Assembly (NCBI GenBank): GCA_951406725.2 | Contig: OX597826.1 | Span: forward strand, 25,544,001-25,608,000 | Direction: 5' to 3' | DNA from: Octopus vulgaris | Lineage: Eukaryota | DNA: 64,000 nt | Shown: in pieces, positions 27,429 through 40,199 of the stretch | How the letters are laid out: each line of letters begins with the position of its first letter | How positions within the stretch are numbered: the first letter of the stretch is position 1 | Position numbers and translations under genes: made by a program | Notes under the pieces: model-generated | What the model saw: only the letters and a program-made list of their open reading frames with translations | The model's database searches: none | What the model was told of the DNA's origin: nothing

Positions 27429-29515
27429 ACTGCGCATGTGCGAATAATTGTGGTGTTCGGCACCAAAGAGGTGAGACATGCTTTTGAAGCCGTCTCGAAT
27501 TGAAAAGTTTTGAAGCTAAGATTTTGTTTTTTGGGTCCAGTGGGAATTTTTGTTGAGAATTGTTTTTGTACAGGCAGGAAGTCCTACTGGATTCAGAATT
27601 CTGGTTCTGCCTACTTGGGGCAAATACTTTTTCTCGCTGAATTGTGAGAATTTTTGTTTGAGGGCGTATTCGTCTTCGGTTTATGTTGCGTGAATATTTG
27701 TCTCACTTAATTATGAGAATTATTGCTTGTATTGTGGCTTTTGAAGAACTTTAATAATTGCGAGAACTGCTGTTTGGGGGAGTGTCTTTGCCTCCGAAGA
27801 TTGAACAATTTGTATATCAATTTTTGTGGAAGTTGTGTTCCAGTTGTGGCGTTCCGGGTTCAACCTAGGCCGGGAGTACCGAATGGCCGGAAGATCTTTT
27901 TGCTGTGTTCCTGAACTATTGACTTTCTTCTAAACTTTATTTGACTTTCTCCTTTTTGTTTATTGTGACTTTCTTTTGATTTCTTTTTTCTTCTCGCTTT
28001 TTAAGTTTTATTTTGAATATATTTTCAAAAAAAAAAAAAAAAAGAAACATGGCAATGAAAAAAGACAAAGTTTTGGAGTGGGAGATTATACCGCCCAAAA
28101 AGTGGTTGAAAGACCGTGAAGATAGGAAGGTGGTGTTGAGAACCTACTCCAAGTCACTCGACAACATCGCCCTATTCGAAAAGACGGCAATTGAAAAGGA
28201 GTTGGCGGAGTATTTGCCAACAAATTCATTTCCAGGGGTGTCAGATATGCAACGGTGTAGTTGCTATTTGATACCCCTGAAGAGGCTCGCAAATTTACTA
28301 GTCAGCCCTTGGAGGGTGAGGAAATTTTGTTCCTTCCTACATATTATGGGAGAGGTTGACGAAAGCTTGGGTCTGCGGGTTGCCACCCGGGATAAAACCC
28401 AAATAGATAGAGGAGACTATCCGCCAGGGTCTGTGTGGCAGCGGGACCAAGCTTCTTAATGTGAAAGTTCTTCTTGCGGCTGATTGGTTTGGGTCAAAAC
28501 TGTTTTGACTTTTTTGACCCAATCAGCCAATCTGGTTTTTCCAGATTTTTTTTTAAATGGCCGGGTGCAGGTACCCGGTGATACTTGAGGGTGCCCCCCC
28601 CCCCCAGGTGTCATCGGTTCCTGGAGTCCGGCCATATAAAGAAAAACTGTCCCGGGAACAAAATAAGGTCCCGGAGCAGTTGAGTGAGACCCCTGTAGAA
28701 GAGGGAATGAAGGCGGCCGAGGAAGCGGAGGACTCCTCAAACAGGGGCCGAAAGAAGAAGAAGGTGAGCAACAATGGGTGCTCACTGAAGGATCCTAGGG
28801 ATGAGGAGGGGAAGGCGAATCTTCCGGCCACGGAGGTGATGCACCCTCCCTCAGTTGAAAAGAAAAAAAAGAGGAAGAGGAAGAGAAACGAGACATTGCC
28901 GGCAGTCGGTGACATAGTACCGGAATGTCCCGGAACTACGTCGGTTGGGGTTGTGCCACCGGCAGGAGAAGAAACACCGTTGGCGGGAACTGTGCCGCCA
29001 AGGAAAGAATTGGATATACCGCCCCCGGAGGAAGACGAAATATTGATCTTCTTCTATAGAGGTGGAGAGATTGAAAAGGTGATGGAAAAGCACGACAAGG
29101 GAGCACCTTTAGCCTTCACACAGGACCCCGAATGGCCTCTGCAGATAGCTGTGGAGGCCATAACGTTTGACGTGACGTTTGGGCTGAAGGGGCTCAATGA
29201 GGAATATCGCTTGTACCCGGGCAACGCTGACACGGAACTCGATTCGGCTTTGAAAGAGGCGTGGAGGATGGTAGAGGATGCGGGCACAAGTTATTTTGAG
29301 AGTGAGTTATAAATTGTGGCACTGTGTGACACAAACATTTGATAATAGGCACTTCGCTTTCTTTCTGAACTCCCGGCTGTCAACATGGTCTGCTCTGCAG
29401 GCGGCTAAATAATTGACTGGGGGTCCGGAAAGAGGAGGAAGGGAAAAGTGATAATGCATTTTTTATGTTTGATTGACTTGTTGATTTTTATGTAAGTGGC
29501 TAATTTGATAAAATA
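27429..29515 (+). mobile_element. ORF1-only Tx1/L1-like non-LTR retroelement
   Basis: 15-bp TSD aagaagct(a/t)gcttcc; ~600-bp 5' UTR, one broken ORF, AATAAA-like 3' end; no RT or endonuclease. Confidence 0.7.
28049..29312 (+). pseudogene. Frameshifted ORF1-like nucleic-acid-binding protein
   Basis: RRM-like ISRGVRYATVxLLFDTPEEARKF, then YPVILEG and zinc knuckle CHR(F)LESGHIKKNC at 28609-28650, basic NLS-like KKKKRKRKR. Confidence 0.65.
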
Positions 29516-29530
29516 AAGAAGCTTGCTTCC

Positions 29531-30009
29531 CGGAGGGAGGAGCCCATTCCCTGGACAGGGGACGAGGAGTGGCCTTCGCAGGTGACTACGAAGATCATAT
29601 CGGATGTCGCTATGGTCAGGGTAATGAACACCTTCTCAAAGGACATGTTTAGATACGCCTTGAGGGGCCCCGACCCAGAGCTGGCACATTGCCTAAGGGA
29701 AGTGTAAGCCAGGTCTGGGAGGAGGGGCTTTGTGTATTGTATTTATATTATATGTAATTATTGAACTATGTTGTTGTTTGTAATGGACTGTTAAGTCCAA
29801 AAATTGAAAAGTTGTAAGAGGTTTAATACCTCGTTTTGTGTTTGTTTTAAAGAACATGGTTTTAGAGAAGCAAAAGTCGGCGGGTGCTTTTTGTCTTCTC
29901 CCATCCTTATCATCCTTGTTTCGTTATCATTCATTTCATTAATGTCCTTGTCCAGCCCGCAAAGCTACTTTACTCTATGTACTGCCTTTATGGCAGATGT
30001 AATGAAATA
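29531..30009 (+). mobile_element. 5'-truncated diverged relative of the ORF1-only element
   Basis: 29531-29707 reads PIPWTGDEEWPSQV...PDPELAHCLREV, similar to PLAFTQDPEWPLQI...ADTELDSALKEAW; same TSD on both sides. Confidence 0.7.
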
Positions 30010-30420
30010 AAGAAGCTTGCTTCCCAACCACATGGTTTGTGGCACCAGGGGCAAATGTCTTCTCCTATAACCTCGGGCCGACAAAAGCCTTGTGAATGGA
30101 TTTGGTAGGCAGAAACTGAAAAATGCTGAAAAATATGTATATATATATATGTGTGTATGTATGTATATATATATTTGTGTGTGTGTGTGTGTGTCTGCTT
30201 CTCCTCCCCCATCAATTGACAACAGATATTGGTGTGTTTACGTCCACGTAGCGGTTCGGCATAAGAGACCGACAGAATATGTACTAGGCTTACAAAGAAT
30301 AAGTCCTAGGGTCGATTTGTTCGACTAAATGCCATGCTCCAGCATCGTCGCAATCAAATGAATGAAACAAGTAAAAAAATTTTTTTAAATGTATATATAT
30401 GTCTAAATTCCCTTCCACAT

Positions 30421-30503
30421 GGGCTAACTCTGATGAACGTAAGGTTATATAACCGGACTGTTACCTAACATTCGTGACACGAAACCGATTGGTAAGATCA
30501 GCC
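30421..30503 (+). ncRNA. Type I hammerhead-like motif with insertion after A9
   Basis: ggctaact-CTGATGA-insert-tgttac/gtgaca-c-GAAA-cc gatt gg-TA-agatcagcc. Confidence 0.5.
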
Positions 30504-30900
30504 GAGATGGATATATAATACTGTACATTTCAGATGATATATATATATATATATATGTACACACACACACATAGATATATATATATATATTAATTATTTC
30601 AAGGATTTCAATCCTTATTACAGGTATGTCTTCTTTCATTTATATATATATATATATATATATACATACACGTGTGTGTGCATGTATGCATGTATTCTGT
30701 ACATTAGATTCTAGTATGTAATTGCCCGGGAGATTTTCGCTACGAGTGTTTTTATTTTCGGGTATCAATGTTGTTTCTGCTTGTTCTAGCCTTCATGATA
30801 CATTTATGTATCTATCTTTTGAGAGCTTTCTGGTAAGGGTCGTAAATCTGTGTGTGTATGTATGTATGTATGTATGTATGTATGTATGTATGTATGTGTG

Positions 30901-30947
<47 letters not shown>

Positions 30948-31732
30948 TTATGTGTATGTATGCGTATATGTACGTACGTATGTACGTATATGCATATGTA
31001 TGTATGTATGTATATATGTATGTATAAACTGAGTGACACAATTGTTATATTATTTTCGGAAGCGGAAAAGGTTTTAAGCGGAAGTGTGATAATGGAAAGT
31101 ATGTTTTGATTGGCAAAAATCGTGATAATGACTCGTGATAATATGGTGGTGGTGGTAGTAGCTGTGTAGTGAGAGAAAAAAGTGACTGAGAGGGGGAGAG
31201 GGGGGGAGAGAAGAGGAGAGAGGAGAGATAGAGAGGAGAGAGAGACACACACACAAGGAATGAGGGGGAGAGAAGGGGAGAGAAGGGGAGAGAGAAACCT
31301 GATATGAAAGATGATAGAAGGATCGGAAGTGACTGTGTGTTTTGAAATCAAAGTGGTTGGTTGGAATCTCGTTGCCCCAACGTGGATATGCGTATGTACC
31401 CTTATATTTGTGCGTTAATATGCAAATCACTGAGTTTGTATGTATGTATGTATGTATGTATGTATGTATGTATGTATGTATGTATGTATGTATGTATGTG
31501 TGTGCGTGTGTCTATACACACTCACACGTGTGTGTGTATATGCTTATATAGCTTGATCCATACATGTAGGTCCCAATAAATGTGTTGAGTGTCCTTCTTT
31601 CGTTTGTCCACTGACTTGTGTATGTAGGCCTCTATTATTTATCAATTACTCTATACGTTCACACTCATACATACATACATACATACATACATACATACAT
31701 ACATACATAAAGATATATATATATATATATAC

Positions 31733-32130
<398 letters not shown>

Positions 32131-32163
32131 TATAATATATAGGCTAGTATATATATATATACT

Positions 32164-32213
<50 letters not shown>

Positions 32214-32465
32214 CATATATAGCTATATATAAATCCATATGTATACACACATATATATACATATATATGTATAGATATTCTGTTGTGTCTGGGAGTCATT
32301 TTCTTTTTGTGCCTTATAATTTAACACACTCACCAGTAAAATTTCCACTTATTTCTTACTTTTATTTTCCTACTTGCAAACGAAACCCAAAAAAAAAAAA
32401 CGATACATACATACACATGTATATATATATATGTATATATAGAGAGAGCTATATATATATATATA

Positions 32466-32649
32466 TATTTCTTTACTACCCATAAGAGGCTAAACACAGA
32501 GGGGACAAACAAGGACAGACAAATGGATTAAGTCGATTACAACGACACCAGTGCGTAACTGGTACTTAATATTTATCGAGCCCGAAAGGATGAAAGGCAA
32601 AGTCGACCTCGGCGGAATTTGAACCCAGAACGTAACGGCAGAGAAATAC
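32466..32649 (-). mobile_element. SINE family B (tailed), 5'-truncated at the PLE junction
   Basis: tatttctttactaccc...gaaaggatgaaaggcaaagtcgacctcggcggaatttgaac. Confidence 0.85.
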
Positions 32650-32653
32650 GTTA

Positions 32654-33331
32654 TTGAGAGGGTTGTGTGTGGAGATGTATCCCAAATCAAAGAAAAACTT
32701 ACAACCAAAAGCCTTACCATACATCTCCACACACAACCCTCTCAATAACGAAGCCTTCGACACCATCCTCCACAACATACCCCTCCTAAAAAAAGACCAC
32801 AGAATGAACACAATCCTCCAAACACACACGATCATAAAAAGCAAAAGACAGCCTAGATCCATGAAAAGTCTCCTTACACAAGCCCGAATTCACTCTTCAA
32901 CACAGAAGCCGACAGTAAAAAAATGTGGAAGACCCAATTGCGGGATATGCGACTATCTAATCGAGGGTTCTGAGTTCTCCTTCAAACAGGGACAACGGTT
33001 TACAGTGAAAAGCAACTTCATATGTGCTTCGGAGAACCTAATATACTCACTAACCTGCTCCGGGTGTCAAGAGCAGTACATAGGCCAAACAAAAAATGGT
33101 TTGCGTAAACGAATGGCCCTGCACAGATCCCAGATAAAAATTCCCCAAAACAGAAAAATAGCTTTTAGCCGACACATAGATACTTGCGCCAACAAAAAAA
33201 CACCAAACTTCAGAATTTTCCCCCTCTACCAATTTAGGGACGATACAACCTCGAGACAACGAATAAGTAAAGAAAATCTCTTTATTACAAAATACAAGCC
33301 ACTTCTTAACGGGTCTACGACAAACAATTAA
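32654..33331 (+). CDS. PLE C-terminal region: Cys-rich linker plus GIY-YIG endonuclease (5'-truncated, stop-free)
   Basis: KKCGRPNCGIC linker (Neptune-like), NLIYSLTCSGCQEQYIGQT, R..LH, KENLFITKYKPLLN; first ~9 codons derive from the inversion. Confidence 0.85.
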   Translation: MRGLCVEMYPKSKKNLQPKALPYISTHNPLNNEAFDTILHNIPLLKKDHRMNTILQTHTIIKSKRQPRSMKSLLTQARIHSSTQKPTVKKCGRPNCGICDYLIEGSEFSFKQGQRFTVKSNFICASENLIYSLTCSGCQEQYIGQTKNGLRKRMALHRSQIKIPQNRKIAFSRHIDTCANKKTPNFRIFPLYQFRDDTTSRQRISKENLFITKYKPLLNGSTTNN

Positions 33332-34070
33332 TATACCTCAACTTTAGAATAAAAGAAAAAAATATATATACACACACAAATACTACACTCCATAGAATCC
33401 ATTACTAATCAGCCCCTTCATAGCTATATTTACACCCATTCATATTCTCCCTTCTCTGTTTTTTTCTTCTTCTTCTTCTTCCTCTTCTTCTTCATCATCA
33501 TCATTATCATCATCATCGGCGTCATCATCATCACCACCATCATCACCACCATCTTCTCCTTCTCCTCCTTCTTCTTCTTCTTCTTCTTCTTCATCATCAT
33601 CATTATCATCATCATCGTCGTCATAATCATCACCACCATCACCATCATCGTCATCTTCTCCTTCTCCTTCTCCTTCTTCTTCTTCTTCTTCTTCTTCTTC
33701 TTCTTCTTCTTCTTCTTCTTCTCCACCCCCTACCCCTTAAGTTTGTCACTAATGTTTTTTAGTATAACACCTACGCTAATTCTATAAACAAGCCTGTCAA
33801 TATAAATATTCTCCTGAATTGAACTGAGACTGCCAGCCGCCACTGACCATTCAAAATACGACCATCAGGGCACTCCCAGATTCTCCCACCCCCTTTCCTC
33901 ACCAGCCTTCCCTCTACTACCCTACCAAGAACTCACAACTACCTCGAACACACAAGTGCAAACAAGGGAGTCAGAGAAAGGCAGAATGCCACTTAAATCT
34001 GAACACTACTATAGAAATATTCTTTTAAAAAAACTTTTCTTCTAATTTTTCTAAATTTAATTATTTAATC

Positions 34071-34116
34071 GTTACAGTTGAAAAGGTCTCAAAATGACCG
34101 AAACCGGTACTGAAAT
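34071..34116 (+). ncRNA. Minimal type I hammerhead, U3-A8 variant
   Basis: ttacag-TTGAAAA-ggtc tcaaaat gacc-GAAA-ccgg-TA-ctgaaa. Confidence 0.65.
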
Positions 34117-34172
34117 GTTCACTATAAAATTATTTTAGCATTTTCTATTTTTTACTTGTTTTTTCATATATT

Positions 34173-34276
<104 letters not shown>

Positions 34277-34280
34277 ATTT

Positions 34281-34348
<68 letters not shown>

Positions 34349-34522
34349 GTATATATATATTCATACATACAAACATGCACACATGTGCGCGCGCTCACAC
34401 ACATACATTTTTATATACACAAACAAGTGTGTGTGTGTGTTTTGTGTGTTAGGCTAAACATTTACAGCGTCCAACCCTCCAGTGAAAGAGTTTTTGTAAA
34501 ACACGGGTCTTGGGCACTGATG

Positions 34523-34882
34523 AATTTCCTTATTTACTTACTTACAAGAATCAACATTTAATTCTCCGAGTTTTCTATGAGCTGATTTACAATGACCACC
34601 TCTATTCCACCTTATTTTTAACTGATCGGAAAGATTCTACGAGTCGCTCCACTTTAGAGGCTAAAGTCATTCATAAGTACGGCGGACATTTTGATTTTCA
34701 ACACCAAATTGGGATGCGTTTCGTTGTTGCTGTCGATACGTCTAGAAAAGAAAGAAGTTTAGAATTGGGTGAATACCACTTTCTATTATTTTCGGTTTTC
34801 TTCTATTTGTGCTCGATTTAATTTCTCAGTCTCTCTGTCTCTATCTCTGTCTCTCACTATATAATGCATATATATATGTACG

Positions 34883-34892
<10 letters not shown>
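34523..34892 (+). repeat. 370-bp segment duplicated at 38789-39158
   Basis: Two copies read identically. Confidence 0.9.
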
Positions 34893-34930
<38 letters not shown>

Positions 34931-34942
34931 TGTATATATATG

Positions 34943-35015
<73 letters not shown>

Positions 35016-35102
35016 CCAAAGTGTACGTACGTCGCTATATGTATATAAAAAAGAATACAAAAGGTGGGATAAGAACGCAACAGGCGATAACAAAACATCC
35101 AG

Positions 35103-35368
35103 ACAGATGATACAGAAAACGACAAGAAAAAACAAGAACGAGTCAATCGGAGTTTTCTATACTCAGTCGAGTTCCATATCATCTTTGCAGTTTCGGCTGG
35201 TTATACTTGATAATGCTCCAATCTCGATTTTCCTTGGGGCTGGTCAGATTGGAGCAGTCTTGAGTATAACCAGTCGAAATTGCAAAGATGATCTGGAACT
35301 CGACTGAGGAAAGAAAATTCTGAATGTCCCGTTCTTGTTTTTTCTTGTCCCTTTTTGTATCATTTTGT
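35103..35368. repeat. Inverted PLE-type terminal-repeat pair
   Basis: Arms ~35103-35224 and ~35246-35368, imperfectly complementary, between microsatellite tracts. Confidence 0.8.
35227..35318 (+). ncRNA. Non-circularly permuted hammerhead-like ribozyme
   Basis: attttcctt-gg-ggctggt-cagatt-gga-gcaGTC-ttgagt-ata-accagtc-GAAA-ttgc..gatctg..actcga-CTGAGGA-aagaaaat. Confidence 0.7.
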
Positions 35369-35408
35369 GTGTGTCTACACACTCACATATAAATGTATAC
35401 ATATATGC

Positions 35409-35500
<92 letters not shown>

Positions 35501-36049
35501 GTGTGTGTGTGTGCGTGCATGTTGTGTGTGTGTAATGGGGGAGGAGACGTTGGTATAAGTGTACAATAGTTTAAGACCGAATTAGTGGCTAGAAAAGCCC
35601 CAAATTCTTAAAATCCAACTTCCTAATAGAGGTGAAAATAATTCTGCAGAAAAAGATTTGGTTATAAGAACTGTGCAACTCAACTGAAAAATAACAATCG
35701 GAAAGATTGACAACAACGTTAATATGGGGTATATCATTTACAAAAGCGGTCATATTTTTATAAGTAAATTACAATCGAAGAAGAGATACTCCGAAATAGG
35801 TATTTACAGCTGTTTCAAAATTTCAGTGGTTGTTTCATGTAGTAATATGTATCGGGCAAACGGCTGTGCATACTGATGAAGTAATACCCATTGTATAAGT
35901 AGGAAATTTCTTATATATGATGATGTTGATGGTAAGGCCAGTAGAATCGGAGTGCAGGTGATTGGACTGAATTTAAACAGAAAACAATTTGAGAAGCAAT
36001 GAAGTACAGTAAAGATTTCTGCTCCGTTATACTTAGAGCTGCGACAAAC

Positions 36050-36568
36050 CAGTAGTAGCAATAGCAGCAGCAGCAGCAGTACCAGCACCCCGACTACGAC
36101 CGCCACAACCACGTCTCATACACCACCATTACCGTCACTGCCACTACCACCTCTGTCACAACCACCACCACAACCACCCACCACACCAGCACTATCACCA
36201 CTTCCACCACCTGCGCCGCCACCACTAACACCTTGACCACTACCACAACCGCTAACACGACCACCACCACCACTATCACCACTTCCACCACCATCACCAC
36301 CTGCGCCACCACCACTAACATGATCACCACTACAACCACTAGCACGATTACTACCACCACCATAAACACCCAAACCATCACAACCATCACCATCACCACA
36401 ACCACCACCATCACCACAACCACCACCATCACCACAACCACCACCACACCACCACTATCACCATCAGCAGCACCATCACCATCACCACCACCACCACCAC
36501 CACCACCACCACCACCACCACCACCACCACCCACCACCACCACAACAACAACAACAACAACAACAACA

Positions 36569-36621
<53 letters not shown>

Positions 36622-36645
36622 AGCAACAACAACAACAACAATCGG
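36050..36645. repeat. Degenerate (ACC/ACA/ACT)n trinucleotide array
   Basis: Direct reading. Confidence 0.9.
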
Positions 36646-37355
36646 CAGCATACCAGCCCACCAATTACAGCATTTTACTCTTTGATTAGGAGGAAATCAT
36701 TATCATTTTATTTTTAAAAAAGCATCGGTGCACCTACAACAACAACAACAACAACACGTACAGGTCCCAACAAGAAACAACTGCAAAAGTAACAACAATA
36801 ATAAACAACGAAACCAGCAACAAACATCAGAAAGGAAAGCAAAAGTAAAAAATAAAATGGAAGATAAAAATAAATGTAAATAAAATAAAAAATGACGATA
36901 AATATAAAGAAAAAATAAATATCTAAACGATTTTTGAGATTATGTAATTTTTCTTTTTTTTTTGGGGGGGGGATAAAGCAAAGAGCCATATTTTAATTAA
37001 GCTACATCTATTATGTTAGGAAGGGGGGGGAAAAAGAAAACAACAACAAAGACAGACTGAAAAGGCAAAATGGTAAAAAATAACCAGAAAAATAGCATAA
37101 AAAGAACTACAGGACTATCATTGCGTATAAACATGGCGGCGATGGACTTGTTTTAGTTTAAATATGTTGGAAACATGTCTCTCTCTCTCTTCTTTTGTCT
37201 TTTTTTTTCTAATAGAAAAAAAGTTGAAAATCGATCAGCTCTATTAATTTAACTGAAGTCGATAGTAGTACAATTAACAGCTGTGTGTACGTGTGTGTGT
37301 GTATACATTTTGGTATATATGCACATCTAAATAGGCACATACATCCATATATAGA

Positions 37356-37426
<71 letters not shown>

Positions 37427-37434
37427 ATATATAT

Positions 37435-37469
<35 letters not shown>

Positions 37470-37715
37470 ATATATGCATGTATATGTATATATAATATAT
37501 ATATATATATATTATATATCTGTATGTATATGTATACATATATATATTATACATGTATGTATATATATATATATACACACACATATATATGTATATGTGT
37601 ATATATTATATGTATACATATACATATATTATACTTGTGTATATATATATGCATGTATATGTGAATATATCTGCATGTATATGTTTGTATATATGTGTGT
37701 ATATATTTGTGTATA

Positions 37716-37762
<47 letters not shown>

Positions 37763-37900
37763 ATCTATCCTTACATACAAGTATGCACACATACATATAT
37801 ACATGTATACATATATATGGTTATATGTGTATATATATATATGTACACACACACGCACACACACACACACTCACACACATACAAATATATATTATCTATA

Positions 37901-37980
<80 letters not shown>

Positions 37981-38629
37981 CATAACATTATACTCGATAA
38001 TGATAATGTAGTTGTGGATACAGCGTGTCTGATTAAAAGCATAAATAAATTGGTGATCTTGTCGATCAGAGCTGACCTGGGGCTAAACAGCAACAGCAAC
38101 CATAACCACAACAACAACAACAACAGCAACAACAACAACAACAACAACAGCAACAATAAACAACTACAACAACAAACTGCAACAACAACCGCGATACAAA
38201 ATAAGATTCATACAATCGGTTTTTTTAAAGCTTTCTTTCAACTCATGTTATTCAAGTGCAGATCTGTAGGAATTGTGTGTATGTGAGTGTATGTTTCTTT
38301 GTGTTCGGGTGTGTCTGTGTTTTTATATGTGTCTATGTGCATGAAAAGTTCTGTGTTTGTGTGTGTGTGTGCTCTATAATTGAATGCAATAAACTGTTAG
38401 ATGATTTTTTTTAGAATATTGTTAAATTCATCTTAAATTTGCTTTTTTTAAATTTTTGCTTAGCATATCGGCTGTGCGTCCACTCGGTCTCCTGGAAACC
38501 TCTAGGTCATCAGTGGACGAAACATAGCAGAGGGAACTTCTGGTATTTCCACGGGGAGCTAGCTCTACGTACACTATTTCTCATGAGCAAACTAGAACAA
38601 ATATTTGATAATAGTAGCAGAGGAATATA

Positions 38630-39440
38630 AAGGGAGGACGGATTAATAGCTTCCAAGAACAGGAATGTGCACACAGCCAACACTCTCAAGGAAAGTCACA
38701 GCTACCTTCACAAAGCTAATCTCAAAACAAACATATAAATCAGTCCGCTATCTGCCAACTTCCTAGATAAAACAATGAAATTAATCTCAATTTCCTTATT
38801 TACTTACTTACAAGAATCAACATTTAATTCTCCGAGTTTTCTATGAGCTGATTTACAATGACCACCTCTATTCCACCTTATTTTTAACTGATCGGAAAGA
38901 TTCTACGAGTCGCTCCACTTTAGAGGCTAAAGTCATTCATAAGTACGGCGGACATTTTGATTTTCAACACCAAATTGGGATGCGTTTCGTTGTTGCTGTC
39001 GATACGTCTAGAAAAGAAAGAAGTTTAGAATTGGGTGAATACCACTTTCTATTATTTTCGGTTTTCTTCTATTTGTGCTCGATTTAATTTCTCAGTCTCT
39101 CTGTCTCTATCTCTGTCTCTCACTATATAATGCATATATATATGTACGTATATGTATGCACATATATGCACGAAGCACATATAAAATCAGTCTATACACA
39201 TTCAGATTCCAACCATTCACTGAATTTTATGAAGTAAATACTTCTTTAAGTAAATAAAGGAATGAATCTATCAGCAATATCGCCTATATTGAAGCAACCT
39301 ATCACAGAGTCGAAGATAAATACAACTAGATAACCACACACAACCTATTCAGAAGTGCAATAGTATATAACCATAAATAGCAACAAAAGGAAACGTACAT
39401 GAGAGAGAAGTTTCATTTGGTTCAATCCTCCTTTTGATAT
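38630..39440 (+). pseudogene. Decayed Penelope-like RT fragment interrupted by the 370-bp insert
   Basis: EDGL and ANFLDKT before 38789; YTHSDSNH and WFNPPF after 39158. Confidence 0.6.
38789..39158 (+). repeat. Second copy of the 370-bp segment
   Basis: Matches 34523-34892. Confidence 0.9.
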
Positions 39441-40199
39441 TTTCGTTGCTTAATCACAGTAATTTTTAAAACAATGCAAGCCAAAAGGCAGATAACTGTA
39501 CTTGCCGAAACACTGAATAGTTTTTTTGAAATAACCAATGCTTGAGGAACTGAAAAATGCATCAGGTTACTATACCTGAAAAAATTCCGGTCTTACTGCG
39601 TCATTCAACAGTTTAACAGGGAACTCATTAAAGAGCCGATCAAGAAATTGAACCTACGAACTTATGACACTTGAGTCGAATACTCGAACAACTAGGCCAA
39701 GCGCCTTCACAAATTGATAGTTTAGATTTCACGTAACTGTACACATAAATTTGGATGTCTTGCCGTATACCTACCTACCTACCTACCTACAAACATACAT
39801 ACATACCTACCGACCTCACGGTATCAACCAAACTATCGGATGTCGTTATACAACATTGATCGCAATGTCCTTTGCATCAGTTTAATTTTTGAATGATGCC
39901 GCCACGCTGGCTAGGCAGCAGGTCAACATTCCTCCACCTTATCGGAAACCTATTACATCACATGGCTGCCCTTTTTACAAGTGAAAGGACTGCAGCAAAG
40001 TGAAATGAAATGTTTTGCTCCAGAACTCAGCACACCGCCCAGTTCAGGAATCGAACCCACAATTCAGCGACCGTGAATGCAATACCTTAACTACAAGACC
40101 ACGCAACTTCAGCCCCCACCCCACACATCTTTACAGTGTATATATGTATGCATACACATACTTACATTCACATGTATGATACACCTACACACATACATA

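Larger units (their letters stand above)
27391..30375 (+). mobile_element. SINE family A split by two tandem insertions (head 27391-27428, body 30010-30375)
   Basis: gctgtgtggtaagaagctagcttcc continues as aagaagcttgcttcccaaccacatgg at 30010. Confidence 0.85.
32649..34140 (+). mobile_element. 5'-truncated Penelope-like retroelement with short 5' inversion
   Basis: GIY-YIG ORF, long 3' region with terminal hammerhead, 32-bp inverted copy at the 5' junction. Confidence 0.85.

Noticed and set aside
35804-36050. Possible minus-strand exon, or hammerhead at ctgatga ~35873
   Set aside because: No recognisable protein; stem II cannot be formed convincingly
36233-36685. Mucin-like Thr/Pro-rich ORF
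   Set aside because: Degenerate trinucleotide array open in several frames; no signal peptide or splice context
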